Origin: an uncultured Verrucomicrobiota bacterium | GTDB lineage: Bacteria > Verrucomicrobiota > Kiritimatiellia > CAIQIC01 > CAZMXS01 | Assembly (NCBI GenBank): GCA_964570325.1 | Contig: CAZMXS010000002.1 | Coordinates: forward strand, 17,398-81,397 | Reading direction: 5' to 3' | Length of the DNA stretch: 64,000 nucleotides | Shown here: positions 22,105-31,678 of the stretch, piece after piece | Position numbering within the stretch: the stretch's first letter is position 1 | How the letters are laid out: every line of letters starts with the position of its first letter | The notes under the pieces: generated by a model | The model's database searches: none | What the model was told of the DNA's origin: nothing | Seen by the model: the letters and a program-made list of their open reading frames with translations, nothing else | Made by a program: the position numbers and the translations under genes

Positions 22105-22902
22105 TTACCGGCCGGCCAGCAGGCGACGCCACTGCTCCAGACTGCGGATGGCGAGCGGTTTCGACATTTCCGGCCGGCTGCCATGCAACGCCGGCGCAAC
22201 TTCAATGGTCGAAACGCCATTAAATCCAACCGCCTTCAACCCCGCCGCGACAGCGGGAAACGGCACGGAGCCGAACCCGATGTGACCATGCTCGTCCTTG
22301 GTTCCGTTGTTATCGTGCACATGAATCTCGATAATACGCAGCGGCAGGCGCGCGATGTAGTCGGCCGAGCTCATCCGCGCGAAGTAATAGCCGCGCTTCA
22401 TCCGCAGATACATGTGCCCGACATCCATCAGGATCCCCGCCCGCTCATTTTCCAGCAGCGCGCCCAGGTCGCCGCGATAATGCGCATAGGCCTCGGCGTC
22501 CAGCGGAAAATCCTCTACGCCCACGCGCGTCGGCAAACCGGCCGTTACCGCCAGCAGCAGCCGTAACGCGGCCGATATCCGGACGCCGTCATAAACGGTC
22601 CAGCGCGAATCCTCCCACATCAGCGGATCCAGCGTGAAGTTCAACAGCCGCGCGCCGAAGGTGTCGGTCACGCAACGCGCCTCCGTCTCCGCCAAGTGGC
22701 AACTGCCATGCACGGTCACTCCCAAATTCAGCGCTTCAATCGTTCGCGCCAGTTCCAAACGCTGGGCGGACGAAAGGCCCGTCACCTGGGACGGCAGGAA
22801 GGAGACCGTGTCAAATCCGCAGGCGGCGAACTCACGGATCAGCGCAGCCAGGTCTGCGCCAGGTTCCTGGTAATTCCAACTGGCAATACCATAACGGTCC
22901 AT
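22105..22902 (-). CDS. sugar phosphate isomerase/epimerase (xylose-isomerase-like TIM barrel)
   Basis: Internal start MDRYGIASWNY...; metal-ligand pattern typical of the AP-endonuclease-2/xylose isomerase-like fold (...IEIHVHDNNGTKDEHGHIGFGSVPF...). Confidence 0.6.
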   Translation of the reverse strand: MDRYGIASWNYQEPGADLAALIREFAACGFDTVSFLPSQVTGLSSAQRLELARTIEALNLGVTVHGSCHLAETEARCVTDTFGARLLNFTLDPLMWEDSRWTVYDGVRISAALRLLLAVTAGLPTRVGVEDFPLDAEAYAHYRGDLGALLENERAGILMDVGHMYLRMKRGYYFARMSSADYIARLPLRIIEIHVHDNNGTKDEHGHIGFGSVPFPAVAAGLKAVGFNGVSTIEVAPALHGSRPEMSKPLAIRSLEQWRRLLAGR

Positions 22903-23192
22903 GCAACACCTCCGATCAAGAAATACCAATTGCGCCAGCCGGCTGCCATAAAATAGCGGGCCCGGCGTTGGCAGGCGCGCAGCCACTGCCCGGTGACAAC
23001 CCTGTCAGCGCGCGGCCAATCACATTGGGTTGGCCGGGACTGGCACATTTCGCCTCCGGGGAAGGCGGCAACTCGGCTGGGACGCTGCCTTCAGACAGTT
23101 TACGGCCAACATAACCCAGCCTTGATCGCCGAGCGCAACAACCGCGCGCCGAGTTGACGGGGCCGCGTATTTGTTGCAGGCTGAACCGCGCC

Positions 23193-24305
23193 ATGAATGA
23201 AGCCGCCACCGACCCGATTTCCCCCGCCGTGGCGCTGGCACAACTGCGCCGCCAGTACAATCTTATCAAGTGGCTCGGCTTGGCGACTGCCGGACTGGTC
23301 GGCCTTACCGTGATCATGCTGCTGTTCATCCTGTATCGTCTGGCCGGCATGCAACATGCGATCCGGAGTTCCATCGGCCTGCTGGCGCTCCTCTGTTCAT
23401 TGCCCATTCCCATTGTGGTTTACTTACTGTTGCGCCATTATCGGGGACGCCTGAACGCCGCCACCCGGCTTCTCAAAGAAGTACCGCCCGCTAGGTTAAT
23501 CATGCACCCGGTGTACGAGCTGAACCGGGCAACGGCGATGGTGGAACTCCGTCGGGCGGAACCGCCGGCGCCCGGTGCGCCACGACTTTTCGCCCGTGTG
23601 GAGCGGCCGCGCCGCGGCAGGGTCATCCGGGCCGGCGAACCCGTGCACGCTTACATTGACCCCACACAGCCGGCCGGACCGATCGTACTGTGTGGATTTC
23701 AGTTCGCGCTCATCGGCAAGCTGCTGCCCGACACCACCGGCACAACCATCCGCCGCCAGGCCATCGGCTCATTTCTGTTGCTCTTCATTATCATTGGGTG
23801 CGGCGCCCTTTTCGCGATGGCTATGTTCGCGCAGTCAGCCCTGCGCCTGCGCGACACGGCCCGCCTGGCGCGCGCATCGTTGAACTGGCCGGCGGTGACC
23901 GGCCAGGTCGTCCGCTCCGAAGTGGGGCCCACGCGGATCAAACGCGGCAAGTCCAGCGTCGCCGGTTTTGAAGCCCGTGTGACATACGAATATCGCGGCG
24001 CCGACGGCAAACTGCGGCAGGGGCGGCGCATTCACTTCGGCAACCGTCCGACCACCGACCGCGACCAAGCCGCTCGACTCGCCGCCGGCTATCCGGCGGG
24101 CCATCAGGTGCGGATTTACCACGCGCCGGAAAATCCGGACCTGGCGGTTCTGGAAGCCGGCCACGAGGAATCCGTGCGGCGGGAACTGCAGGGCGCGCTA
24201 GCCGGAGGCGCGGCCGTCCTGCTATGCAGCCTGATTTTCCTGGCCGCGATGGGATTGCATTTTCGGCAGCAGATGCGCAAATTGAGGGCCGCGCTGAACT
24301 GGTAA
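23193..24305 (+). CDS. membrane protein with tandem DUF3592-like domains
   Basis: Two repeats of a TM helix followed by a beta-rich segment (second: WPAVTGQVVRSEV...VTYEYRGADGKLRQGR...GHQVRIYHAPENPDLAVL), matching the DUF3592 pattern. Start may instead be 23154. Confidence 0.4.
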   Translation: MNEAATDPISPAVALAQLRRQYNLIKWLGLATAGLVGLTVIMLLFILYRLAGMQHAIRSSIGLLALLCSLPIPIVVYLLLRHYRGRLNAATRLLKEVPPARLIMHPVYELNRATAMVELRRAEPPAPGAPRLFARVERPRRGRVIRAGEPVHAYIDPTQPAGPIVLCGFQFALIGKLLPDTTGTTIRRQAIGSFLLLFIIIGCGALFAMAMFAQSALRLRDTARLARASLNWPAVTGQVVRSEVGPTRIKRGKSSVAGFEARVTYEYRGADGKLRQGRRIHFGNRPTTDRDQAARLAAGYPAGHQVRIYHAPENPDLAVLEAGHEESVRRELQGALAGGAAVLLCSLIFLAAMGLHFRQQMRKLRAALNW

Positions 24306-24349
24306 CTCTGGAGATGAGTACGAGCAAACAATCAGGATAAGCCTTGGTT

Positions 24350-25000
24350 ATGTCCATCATCCGCCAAGAACTCGCCGAATACGCGCGCAAGCTGGCCGCG
24401 GCCGGGTTGGTTGCCGGCGCCGGCGGCAACGTCAGCGCGCGCGACGGCCGACTGATTTGGATCAAGCCCAGCGGCATCGCGATGGAGGAACTGGCGGGGC
24501 CGGATCTGTGCGCGGTGGACCTGGCATCCGGCCGCCGGGTCGAAGGCCGGTTCAAACCTTCGTCGGAATTGCCCATGCACCTGGGAATCTACCGCGCGCG
24601 GCCGGATATCGTCGCCGTCTTCCACACCCATTCGCCGTGGGCCAGCGGCGTCATTTCCAGCGGCATCGAATTCAAGCCGATGTTCCCCGAGGTCATCAAC
24701 GATCTGGGCGCGACCATCACCCTGCCCTACCTGCTCACTTCGACCCAGGCGCTGGCGGACGCGGTTGCCGCCGCGGCCATGGCGCACGAAACCATTTTTC
24801 TTAAAAATCATGGAGTCGTCGCGCTCGGCCGGTCGCTGCGGCAAGCGTATTACCGTTGCGGCGTCGTGGAGGACGCGGCGCGGTCGTTTGTGGCCGCTTC
24901 AATCGTCGGCCGGCCGGAGTTCCTGACGGAGGCGCAAATCGCGGAGCTTAAGCAGCTCGACGCCGCCGCGCACCGCACGCGGATGGCGGAGCGGGAATAG
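24350..25000 (+). CDS. class II aldolase/adducin-family protein (L-fuculose-phosphate aldolase / L-ribulose-5-P 4-epimerase-like)
   Basis: MSIIRQELAEYARKLAAAGLVAGAGGNVSAR...WIKPSG...; His-rich metal site HTHSPWASG...KNHGVVALG. Confidence 0.7.
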   Translation: MSIIRQELAEYARKLAAAGLVAGAGGNVSARDGRLIWIKPSGIAMEELAGPDLCAVDLASGRRVEGRFKPSSELPMHLGIYRARPDIVAVFHTHSPWASGVISSGIEFKPMFPEVINDLGATITLPYLLTSTQALADAVAAAAMAHETIFLKNHGVVALGRSLRQAYYRCGVVEDAARSFVAASIVGRPEFLTEAQIAELKQLDAAAHRTRMAERE

Positions 25001-25139
25001 CCGCAGGCTAAAAGCGGTGGATTGCGCGAATCATACCCATACTGGGCATCACGCCCGGATCCGCGGGCGGAAGCGAGGAGTCATTGGTCGGGACGAACCG
25101 CGGGCCGTCCGTTGCGCCGGCGCGCCCGCCTTGGGCGCT

Positions 25140-26126
25140 TCAATCCGTGTGAATTCGGCCGGTGGCCAGATGTTTTTGGACGTAATCCTTGATCCCGTCT
25201 TCCAGCGAGGTGAACTCATCGGTGTAGCCGGCCGCGCGCAGGCGCCGGATGTCCGCCTCGGTATGATACTGGTACTTGCCCTGCAGCGCCTCCGGCATAT
25301 CAATGAATGTGATTTTCGGCTCGCGACCGAGGGCGGCAAAGACCGCCCGGGCGAGGTCGTTCCATGTCCGGGCCTTGCCCGTGCCGCAGTTGAACAGCCC
25401 AAAAACGCGCGGCGATTCATAGAAGAACAGCGTGACCGCCACCGCATCGCGCACGTAAATAAAATCGCGCACCTGCTCGCCATCCCGATAGCCGGGCTTA
25501 TAGGACTTGAACAGCTTCACCTCGCCCGTTTTCAGGATCGAGTCGTAGGCTTTGCTGATCACCGAGCGCATCTCGCCCTTGTGCTCTTCGCCTGGGCCAT
25601 AGACATTGAAGTACTTGATTCCAACCAGCCCCTTCTGCTCATAAAGGTCGTGGCGCAAGGCCCACAAATCGAACATCTGCTTGGAGTAGGCATACATGTT
25701 GAGCGGCTTCAAACGCGGCGTCAATTCGAGACTGTCCGAGTAGCCCAGCGCCCCGTCGCCATAGGTCGCCGCGCTGGAGGCGTAAATGAAGCGCACGTCG
25801 TTTTGCAGCGCCCACGCGCATAGTTCGCGCGTGTAGCGGTAGTTGTTGTCCAGCAGGTACTGCGCGTTACGCTCCGTCGTCGCGCTGCAGGCGCCCAAGT
25901 GAAAAATCGTTTCGATCCCCTGCAACGTGTCATGCCGCACCGCGACGCGGAAGTCGTCGCGATCCATGAAGTCCTCGAACTTGAGTCCGACGAGATTCTT
26001 CCATTTTTCATCCTGGCCGAGGTCGTCCACGATCAGGATGTCCTCTTCCCCCAGACGGTTCAGCGCCAACACCAGGTTGCTCCCGATAAATCCCGCGCCG
26101 CCGGTGACCACAATCTTGACGCTCAT
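25140..26126 (-). CDS. hldD: ADP-L-glycero-D-manno-heptose 6-epimerase
   Basis: MSVKIVVTGGAGFIGSNLVLALNRLGEEDILIVDDL... SDR-fold; YxxxK (NMYAYSKQMFD); strong resemblance to RfaD/HldD. Confidence 0.85.
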   Translation of the reverse strand: MSVKIVVTGGAGFIGSNLVLALNRLGEEDILIVDDLGQDEKWKNLVGLKFEDFMDRDDFRVAVRHDTLQGIETIFHLGACSATTERNAQYLLDNNYRYTRELCAWALQNDVRFIYASSAATYGDGALGYSDSLELTPRLKPLNMYAYSKQMFDLWALRHDLYEQKGLVGIKYFNVYGPGEEHKGEMRSVISKAYDSILKTGEVKLFKSYKPGYRDGEQVRDFIYVRDAVAVTLFFYESPRVFGLFNCGTGKARTWNDLARAVFAALGREPKITFIDMPEALQGKYQYHTEADIRRLRAAGYTDEFTSLEDGIKDYVQKHLATGRIHTD

Positions 26127-26626
26127 GCCTGCGCCCCTTTCCCGTAAACCGCGATAATCTTTCGAATAATGTCGCTGGTGGACAGGCCCGGCACCAGCGG
26201 CGCCAACACGACCCGCCCGCCGTTCCGCTCCACAACGTCCCGGCCGCTGACATAATGCGCCCAGTCCTCGGCCTTGACCAGTACGTCCGGCAAGAGCTCC
26301 GCAATCAACGCCGCCGGCTCGTCTTCGTCGAAAATAACCACATAATCAATCATCTCAAGCGCCGCGAGCACTCGCGCCCGATCGTTTTGTCCGACAATCG
26401 GGCGTTGAATGCCTTTAATGCGCCGCACCGATGCGTCCGAGTTCAACCCGAGGATCAGCACGTCGCCCTGCGCCCGCGCGAAGCCCAGATAGGCTATGTG
26501 CCCCGCATGCACGATGTCGAAGCAGCCGTTCGTGAACACGACCTTGCGGCCGGCGGCCTGCAACCGCTGGCGCTCGACCCGCATCTGCTCGCGGCTCAAG
26601 ATTTTATCCTTGGCATCACGCATCAT
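26123..26626 (-). CDS. hldC: D-beta-D-heptose 1-phosphate adenylyltransferase (stand-alone HldE domain II, HldC/RfaE2)
   Basis: Cytidylyltransferase-fold motif VVFTNGCFDIVHAGHIAYLGFARAQGDVLILGLNSD; 167 aa; 4-nt ATGA overlap with hldD. Confidence 0.8.
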   Translation of the reverse strand: MMRDAKDKILSREQMRVERQRLQAAGRKVVFTNGCFDIVHAGHIAYLGFARAQGDVLILGLNSDASVRRIKGIQRPIVGQNDRARVLAALEMIDYVVIFDEDEPAALIAELLPDVLVKAEDWAHYVSGRDVVERNGGRVVLAPLVPGLSTSDIIRKIIAVYGKGAQA

Positions 26627-26640
26627 GTTTCAATCCCAAA

Positions 26641-26680
26641 TCGGCGCGAATGCGACATAACTTCGTGTTTTGCTTCGCGC
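26641..26680 (-). terminator. candidate terminator hairpin downstream of icd
   Basis: Inverted repeat CGGCGCGAA...TTCGCGCCG about 100 nt after the icd stop, followed on the minus strand by a weak U-containing tract (AUUUGGGAUU). Confidence 0.25.
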
Positions 26681-26778
26681 CGATGGGTCTCCATGACTAT
26701 CATTGGGCCACCACCAGCGGCACGGAAATACGGAGGAATGAATCGGTTGCCCCGCGCATCGCCGTTGCTTTTCATCGC

Positions 26779-28041
26779 TCACATGTTGTCCGCGATTGCC
26801 TGGCCGAACTCGCTGCACTTCAGCAGGCGCGCGCCCTCCATCAGGCGCTCAAAATCATAGGTCACGGTTTTGCGGCGGATCGTCTCTTCCATGCCTTTGA
26901 CCAGCAGGTCGGCCGCCTCGGTCCAGCCCAGGTAACGGAACATCATCTCGCCGGAAAGAATGAGCGAGCCCGGATTGACCTTGTCCTGGTTGGCGTATTT
27001 CGGCGCCGTGCCGTGAGTGGCCTCGAAGCAAGCCGCGCCGGTGTCGTAGTTGATATTCGCGCCGGGCGCGATGCCGATACCGCCCACGCAGGCCGCGAGC
27101 GCGTCGGAGATATAGTCGCCGTTGAGATTGAGCGTCGCAATCACCGAGTATTCCGCGGGCCGCGTCAGAATCTGTTGCAGGAAGGCATCGGCGATGACAT
27201 CCTTGACCACAATCTCAGCGCCCGATTTCGGGTTCCTGAATTTCATCCATGGCCCCTTTTCGATCAACTGCGCGCCAAACTGCTCCCGCGCGACCTGATA
27301 ACCCCAGTCACGGAATGCGCCTTCGGTGAACTTCATAATGTTGCCCTTGTGAACCAGCGTCACCGACGGCCGATTCTGCTCAATGGCGTAGCGCAGCGCG
27401 GCCTTTACCAGGCGCTCCGTGCCCTCCCGCGAAACCGGCTTGATACCGATGCCGGACGTCGCGGGAAACCGGATTTTCTTCACCCCCATTTCCTGTTGCA
27501 AAAAAGCAATGACCCTCTTCGCTTCGGGCGTGCCGGCCGCCCACTCGATGCCGGCATAGATATCCTCGGAGTTCTCGCGGAAAATGACCATGTCGGTAAG
27601 TTCCGGGTGCTTCACCGGCGAAGGCACGCCCTCGAACCAGCGGACCGGTCGCAGGCACACATACAGGTCCAATTCCTGCCGCAACGCCACATTCAGGCTG
27701 CGGATCCCACCGCCAACCGGCGTGGTAAGCGGGCCCTTGATAGAGACGAGAAACTCCCGGCAAGCCGTCAGGGTCTCCGGCGGCAACCACACAGGCTGGC
27801 CATAAACCGCATTGGCCTTCTCTCCAGCGTAGATTTCCATCCACTCAATACCGCGCCGCCCGCCGTAAGCCTTCGCGACTGCCGCATTCCAGGCAATCAT
27901 GGCCGCGCGCGTGATATCGGCGCCCGTGCCGTCGCCCTCAATGTACGGGATGATCGGCCGATCGGGAACCCGCAGGCAGCCATCCGGACCCATTGTGATT
28001 CTGGCGCCCGCGGCGGGCACCTTGATCTTGTCGTAGCTCAT
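26779..28041 (-). CDS. icd: NADP-dependent isocitrate dehydrogenase
   Basis: [44 protein letters not shown]... strongly resembles prokaryotic homodimeric Icd; 420 aa. Confidence 0.9.
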   Translation of the reverse strand: MSYDKIKVPAAGARITMGPDGCLRVPDRPIIPYIEGDGTGADITRAAMIAWNAAVAKAYGGRRGIEWMEIYAGEKANAVYGQPVWLPPETLTACREFLVSIKGPLTTPVGGGIRSLNVALRQELDLYVCLRPVRWFEGVPSPVKHPELTDMVIFRENSEDIYAGIEWAAGTPEAKRVIAFLQQEMGVKKIRFPATSGIGIKPVSREGTERLVKAALRYAIEQNRPSVTLVHKGNIMKFTEGAFRDWGYQVAREQFGAQLIEKGPWMKFRNPKSGAEIVVKDVIADAFLQQILTRPAEYSVIATLNLNGDYISDALAACVGGIGIAPGANINYDTGAACFEATHGTAPKYANQDKVNPGSLILSGEMMFRYLGWTEAADLLVKGMEETIRRKTVTYDFERLMEGARLLKCSEFGQAIADNM

Positions 28042-28185
28042 ATTCGTCCTTTGGTTTGGCGAGGTTGATCTTGTAGCAGATCGCCGGCGCCGCGTAAATG
28101 GCGCACAGCCTAAAGATACGAAAATCGCGCCCGGCGGTCGCGCCCTCCCTTCAAGGCCGGCGGTCTTCCCGGCAAAGTAAGTTGT

Positions 28186-29013
28186 TCACGGGTTCAACGG
28201 CCAGTCCAGATACTGCGTCCGGTAGCCGATCCGGCCATCGTCATATTCGTAAATGCGGTAGACGCTCTGCCGGTTCCACTCGGTCGAGACGGCGCCGCAG
28301 ACAAACAGCGGCACACGATCCAGCCAGTGCAACTCGTCGCGGTGAAAATGCCCCGTGATCACGCCCTTGACGTTGGCGGAACGCAGTTGCGCGATCCATT
28401 CGCGCCGCACGTCGGCCGCCCACCCCGGATGCATCCGGTTGTTGTAAAAGTCATCCGCCTCCGGCGCATGATGGAAGACCACGACCGGTTTTGTCCCCGC
28501 GTCACGCAGCGCAGCCGCCAGCCACTCCAGGGGCGCGTAGCCGGGAACCGTCACTTCCCGGCGCAGCGGTTCGGTGTAGAGCAATAGAAAAACAACGCCG
28601 TGATATTCGGCCCGCCCGCAAATCGCGCCGGCGACATTGGTATAAGCCGCATAGGTGGAATCAAAACGGCTGCGCACAATGTCGTGATTGCCGGGCAACC
28701 AGTGAACCGGCGCCCGCAACCGGCGCAGAATCGCCAGGGCTTCGGCCAGACTGTGGCCGTCATCCGTCCGCTCGCTGGTGATATCTCCGGTATGCACCAC
28801 GCACTCGATCGGCAGCGGCAGGGCGTTGATCTGCCGCACGACCTCGGCCAACCGGTTGGAATGATCGCGGTCGCCGAAGTGGGTGTCCGTGATTTGAACA
28901 AAATAGAAATGGTTGCTCGCGGCGGCGACCCCGGCCGGCAGAACCCATAATATAAGCGCCGAAATAGCCAACACCGCCAACCGGCCGCGATAATACGGCA
29001 ACTTTTTTTTCAT
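28186..29013 (-). CDS. secreted calcineurin-like metallophosphoesterase
   Basis: Signal peptide; metallophosphatase motifs (QITDTHFGD; VHTGDIT; GNHD; GHFHRD). Confidence 0.6.
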   Translation of the reverse strand: MKKKLPYYRGRLAVLAISALILWVLPAGVAAASNHFYFVQITDTHFGDRDHSNRLAEVVRQINALPLPIECVVHTGDITSERTDDGHSLAEALAILRRLRAPVHWLPGNHDIVRSRFDSTYAAYTNVAGAICGRAEYHGVVFLLLYTEPLRREVTVPGYAPLEWLAAALRDAGTKPVVVFHHAPEADDFYNNRMHPGWAADVRREWIAQLRSANVKGVITGHFHRDELHWLDRVPLFVCGAVSTEWNRQSVYRIYEYDDGRIGYRTQYLDWPLNP

Positions 29014-30188
29014 CGCTCAGCCTCCAGCCCCATCCCAGGCAACACCCGTTCAATTGCCGCCGCCCGCCAGACACCCGCAGTCCCCACAGCGCGCGGCTCG
29101 ACGGCGCGCAGAATATCGCCGCGCGCCAGGGCGCGCAACCGCGCAACCCTTGCACGATCCAGGTTTCGTTCCAACACTTCGTAGGTCCGCAGTTCCCCGT
29201 CCGCCGCGCAGCCGCGCATGAAGCGGCGTCCGCGCGCGCGCAATAATGGGCTAACCATCCGAAAGCGATCCGCGCCGCCGCGGCGAGTTCCAGCCGGATG
29301 CGCCAGGATCAAGAAGCTGTGCTTGAGATCGGCCAGCGTGCGTTGCATTTTGCGGTTCAAATAAGCCAGTGTCGCGGGGACGCGCCAGGGGCGGACATCG
29401 TGGCAGTATTCCCCGCCCTGTCGCTGCAAGGGACAGGGCCGCGCATGCAGGCATGGTCCCGCGATCCGCCAGCGGCCGGCGGCGGCCACGGCGTCCCGCA
29501 ACCGCTCCAAGCGCCCGCTGGATTCATGGCCCGCCGGCTCAATAAGGATCAACGCGCCCGCCGGCGCCACACCCGCCATCCAGCCGTCCAGAATTTCCAA
29601 CCAGCCGGCATCGTCATCTGTCCTGGAGACCTCGTTGAGCACAAACGATACCAGGATCAAATCGCAGGGCGGGTCCGGCTGCATGGCGGACCGCAAGTCG
29701 CCGGGCGCGGCGTCCAGCGTCACGGTCGGCCATAGCGCGCGGACTTCGGCAAACACGCGCTGCAGCATCGCGAGACTGCGCGGCGCGATGTCGCGCGCCC
29801 GCACCTCCACGGCGCGTCCCGGCCAGATTTGGGAAAAACTTTGCGCCACCGCGCAGGCGGATGCCCCCAGACCGCAACCCCAATCCAACACCCGTAAAGG
29901 ACGCGCGGCCGCGGAACAGTCAGCGACGGCCAGCCATTCAGCCAGTACCCACTGCGCGCGCACAAAGTTTTGCGGGAACAAATACAGACCATAGGCCAGC
30001 AGCAACTCCGGATCGCCGGCGTATCCGCCGAATCCGGGTCCACGCTTAACAGTCAGGTGGTCGCTTAAGCGCACGACGTCGTCGCGGAGCGCATCCAGCA
30101 CCTCCGGGATCGCCTGGCGCCCCGTATGGCGCCGGGCTTCATCCAGCCACCATTGTTCCAATTCAATGGGATATGCAGGCGTTAGCAT
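29010..30188 (-). CDS. Rsm22-family SAM-dependent methyltransferase (small-subunit rRNA methyltransferase-like)
   Basis: Class I MTase glycine loop VLDWGCGLGAS; C-terminal Cys/His-rich region (CLHARPCPLQRQGGEYCH) typical of the Rsm22 family; overlaps upstream phosphoesterase stop by 4 nt. Confidence 0.5.
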   Translation of the reverse strand: MLTPAYPIELEQWWLDEARRHTGRQAIPEVLDALRDDVVRLSDHLTVKRGPGFGGYAGDPELLLAYGLYLFPQNFVRAQWVLAEWLAVADCSAAARPLRVLDWGCGLGASACAVAQSFSQIWPGRAVEVRARDIAPRSLAMLQRVFAEVRALWPTVTLDAAPGDLRSAMQPDPPCDLILVSFVLNEVSRTDDDAGWLEILDGWMAGVAPAGALILIEPAGHESSGRLERLRDAVAAAGRWRIAGPCLHARPCPLQRQGGEYCHDVRPWRVPATLAYLNRKMQRTLADLKHSFLILAHPAGTRRGGADRFRMVSPLLRARGRRFMRGCAADGELRTYEVLERNLDRARVARLRALARGDILRAVEPRAVGTAGVWRAAAIERVLPGMGLEAER

Positions 30189-30372
30189 GGCGCATCCAGC
30201 AAGAGATGTAGCCGCCCCCGCGCCGCTTGCCAAACGCCAAAGTTAAGGAACGGCCTTTTTGCCCGCGTTGAGCCTGAAACCAGATCCCCCGCTCCGGCAT
30301 CCCCGTTTGCTGCGATTGCGGCGAATCCAGTGGCGCCGCGGCACATCCAACTTCCCGCGCTCATACTCGGAC

Positions 30373-30410
30373 CTTGAACTTTGAACTTTGAACCCCAAAC
30401 CTCGAACCTG
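30373..30410. repeat. heptanucleotide tandem array TTGAACT x ~5 (TTGAACT TTGAACT TTGAACC CCAAACC TCGAACC)
   Basis: Directly visible in the divergent promoter region between the Rsm22-like gene (-) and the methyltransferase gene (+). Confidence 0.6.
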
Positions 30411-30424
30411 CTATAGTCCACGGC

Positions 30425-31621
30425 ATGAATTCACCCGCACCTGACTATGTCGAACTGATTCGCGCAGCCGTCTGTGACGAACGCGGCTTTCAGCGCCTGA
30501 TCCTGACCGGTCCGGCCCGCGCCCGCGAGATACCCTGGGACAAGATCATTGTCCGGCCCGTCCGCCTGCGCGGGACGCGCCACTACCAGGTGGTGTGTTC
30601 AGACGCCAAGAAAAGCCACGCGAAAAACGTGGCGCCCGCGGCGATCAGCGCCGAGATCGGCAAAATCCTGGGGGTCGGCTTTACGCGCATCCATCTGCAG
30701 TCCGCCGCCGGCGATATCCATGTCCGCGTCACCCGCAAAGGCCACGCCCTCGTCACGCGCGGCGCGCCCTCACGACCGGACGGCGCGCCCGCCCTCGCGC
30801 ACGACCACGCCCGGCAACATGTGTTCAACACACCGGATTCGGATGTCTTTCTGCGCGCGGTCGGGATCAAGAACGAGGTCGGCGAAGTTCGACCCTCGAT
30901 GCAGGCGAAATTCCGCCAGATCAACCATTTCATCACTTTGCTCGAACCGCTGCTGCCCGCGCCCGACCCCGCCGCCGGACCGGTGACCATACTGGACTGC
31001 GGATGCGGCAGCGCGCATCTGACCTTTGCGCTGTATCATTTCCTGGCGCATATCCGCCGGACACCCGCGCGGGTGACCGGCATTGATAAAAACGGCGAGG
31101 TCGTCGAAAAATGCCTGCGCCTGCGGGATGAACTGGGTTGGCCGGACCTGGACTTCCAAGCCGTGGAAATCGCCCGCTACGAGCCGGCCGCGCCCCCCGA
31201 TTTCGTGCTCAGCCTGCACGCCTGCGACACGGCGACCGATGAGGCCTTGGCGCGCGGCGTGGCGTGGGCCAGCCGCGGCCTGGTCGCCGCCCCCTGCTGC
31301 CAGCATGAACTGCACCGGCAGCTCCAGCATCCGGCCTTCGCCGCCGCGCTGCGCCACGGCATCCTGCGCGAGCGATTGGCGGATATCACGACCGACGCCC
31401 TGCGCGCGGCGGCGCTGCGGATCATGGGCTATACGGCTGAAGTGGTGGAGTTTGTCGCGCCCGAGTTCACCGGCAAAAACCTGATGATCCGCGCGGCGCG
31501 CCAGGACGGTTCGCCGGCGGCCGACGCCGGCGCTGAATACCTGGCGCTCAAGGCCTTCTGGGGTGTGGAGCCGGCCATCGAGCGTCTGCTGGGCGCGGAA
31601 TTCAAACAGCGGTTGAATTAA
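30425..31621 (+). CDS. class I SAM-dependent methyltransferase
   Basis: SAM-binding glycine loop ILDCGCGSAHLTF plus acidic loop LHACDTATDEAL; 398 aa. Confidence 0.5.
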   Translation: MNSPAPDYVELIRAAVCDERGFQRLILTGPARAREIPWDKIIVRPVRLRGTRHYQVVCSDAKKSHAKNVAPAAISAEIGKILGVGFTRIHLQSAAGDIHVRVTRKGHALVTRGAPSRPDGAPALAHDHARQHVFNTPDSDVFLRAVGIKNEVGEVRPSMQAKFRQINHFITLLEPLLPAPDPAAGPVTILDCGCGSAHLTFALYHFLAHIRRTPARVTGIDKNGEVVEKCLRLRDELGWPDLDFQAVEIARYEPAAPPDFVLSLHACDTATDEALARGVAWASRGLVAAPCCQHELHRQLQHPAFAAALRHGILRERLADITTDALRAAALRIMGYTAEVVEFVAPEFTGKNLMIRAARQDGSPAADAGAEYLALKAFWGVEPAIERLLGAEFKQRLN

Positions 31622-31678
31622 CGACGACCCGAAGCGGCCCCAGTGCGATTGGAGAAAATTCATCAACGAGGCGCCATC

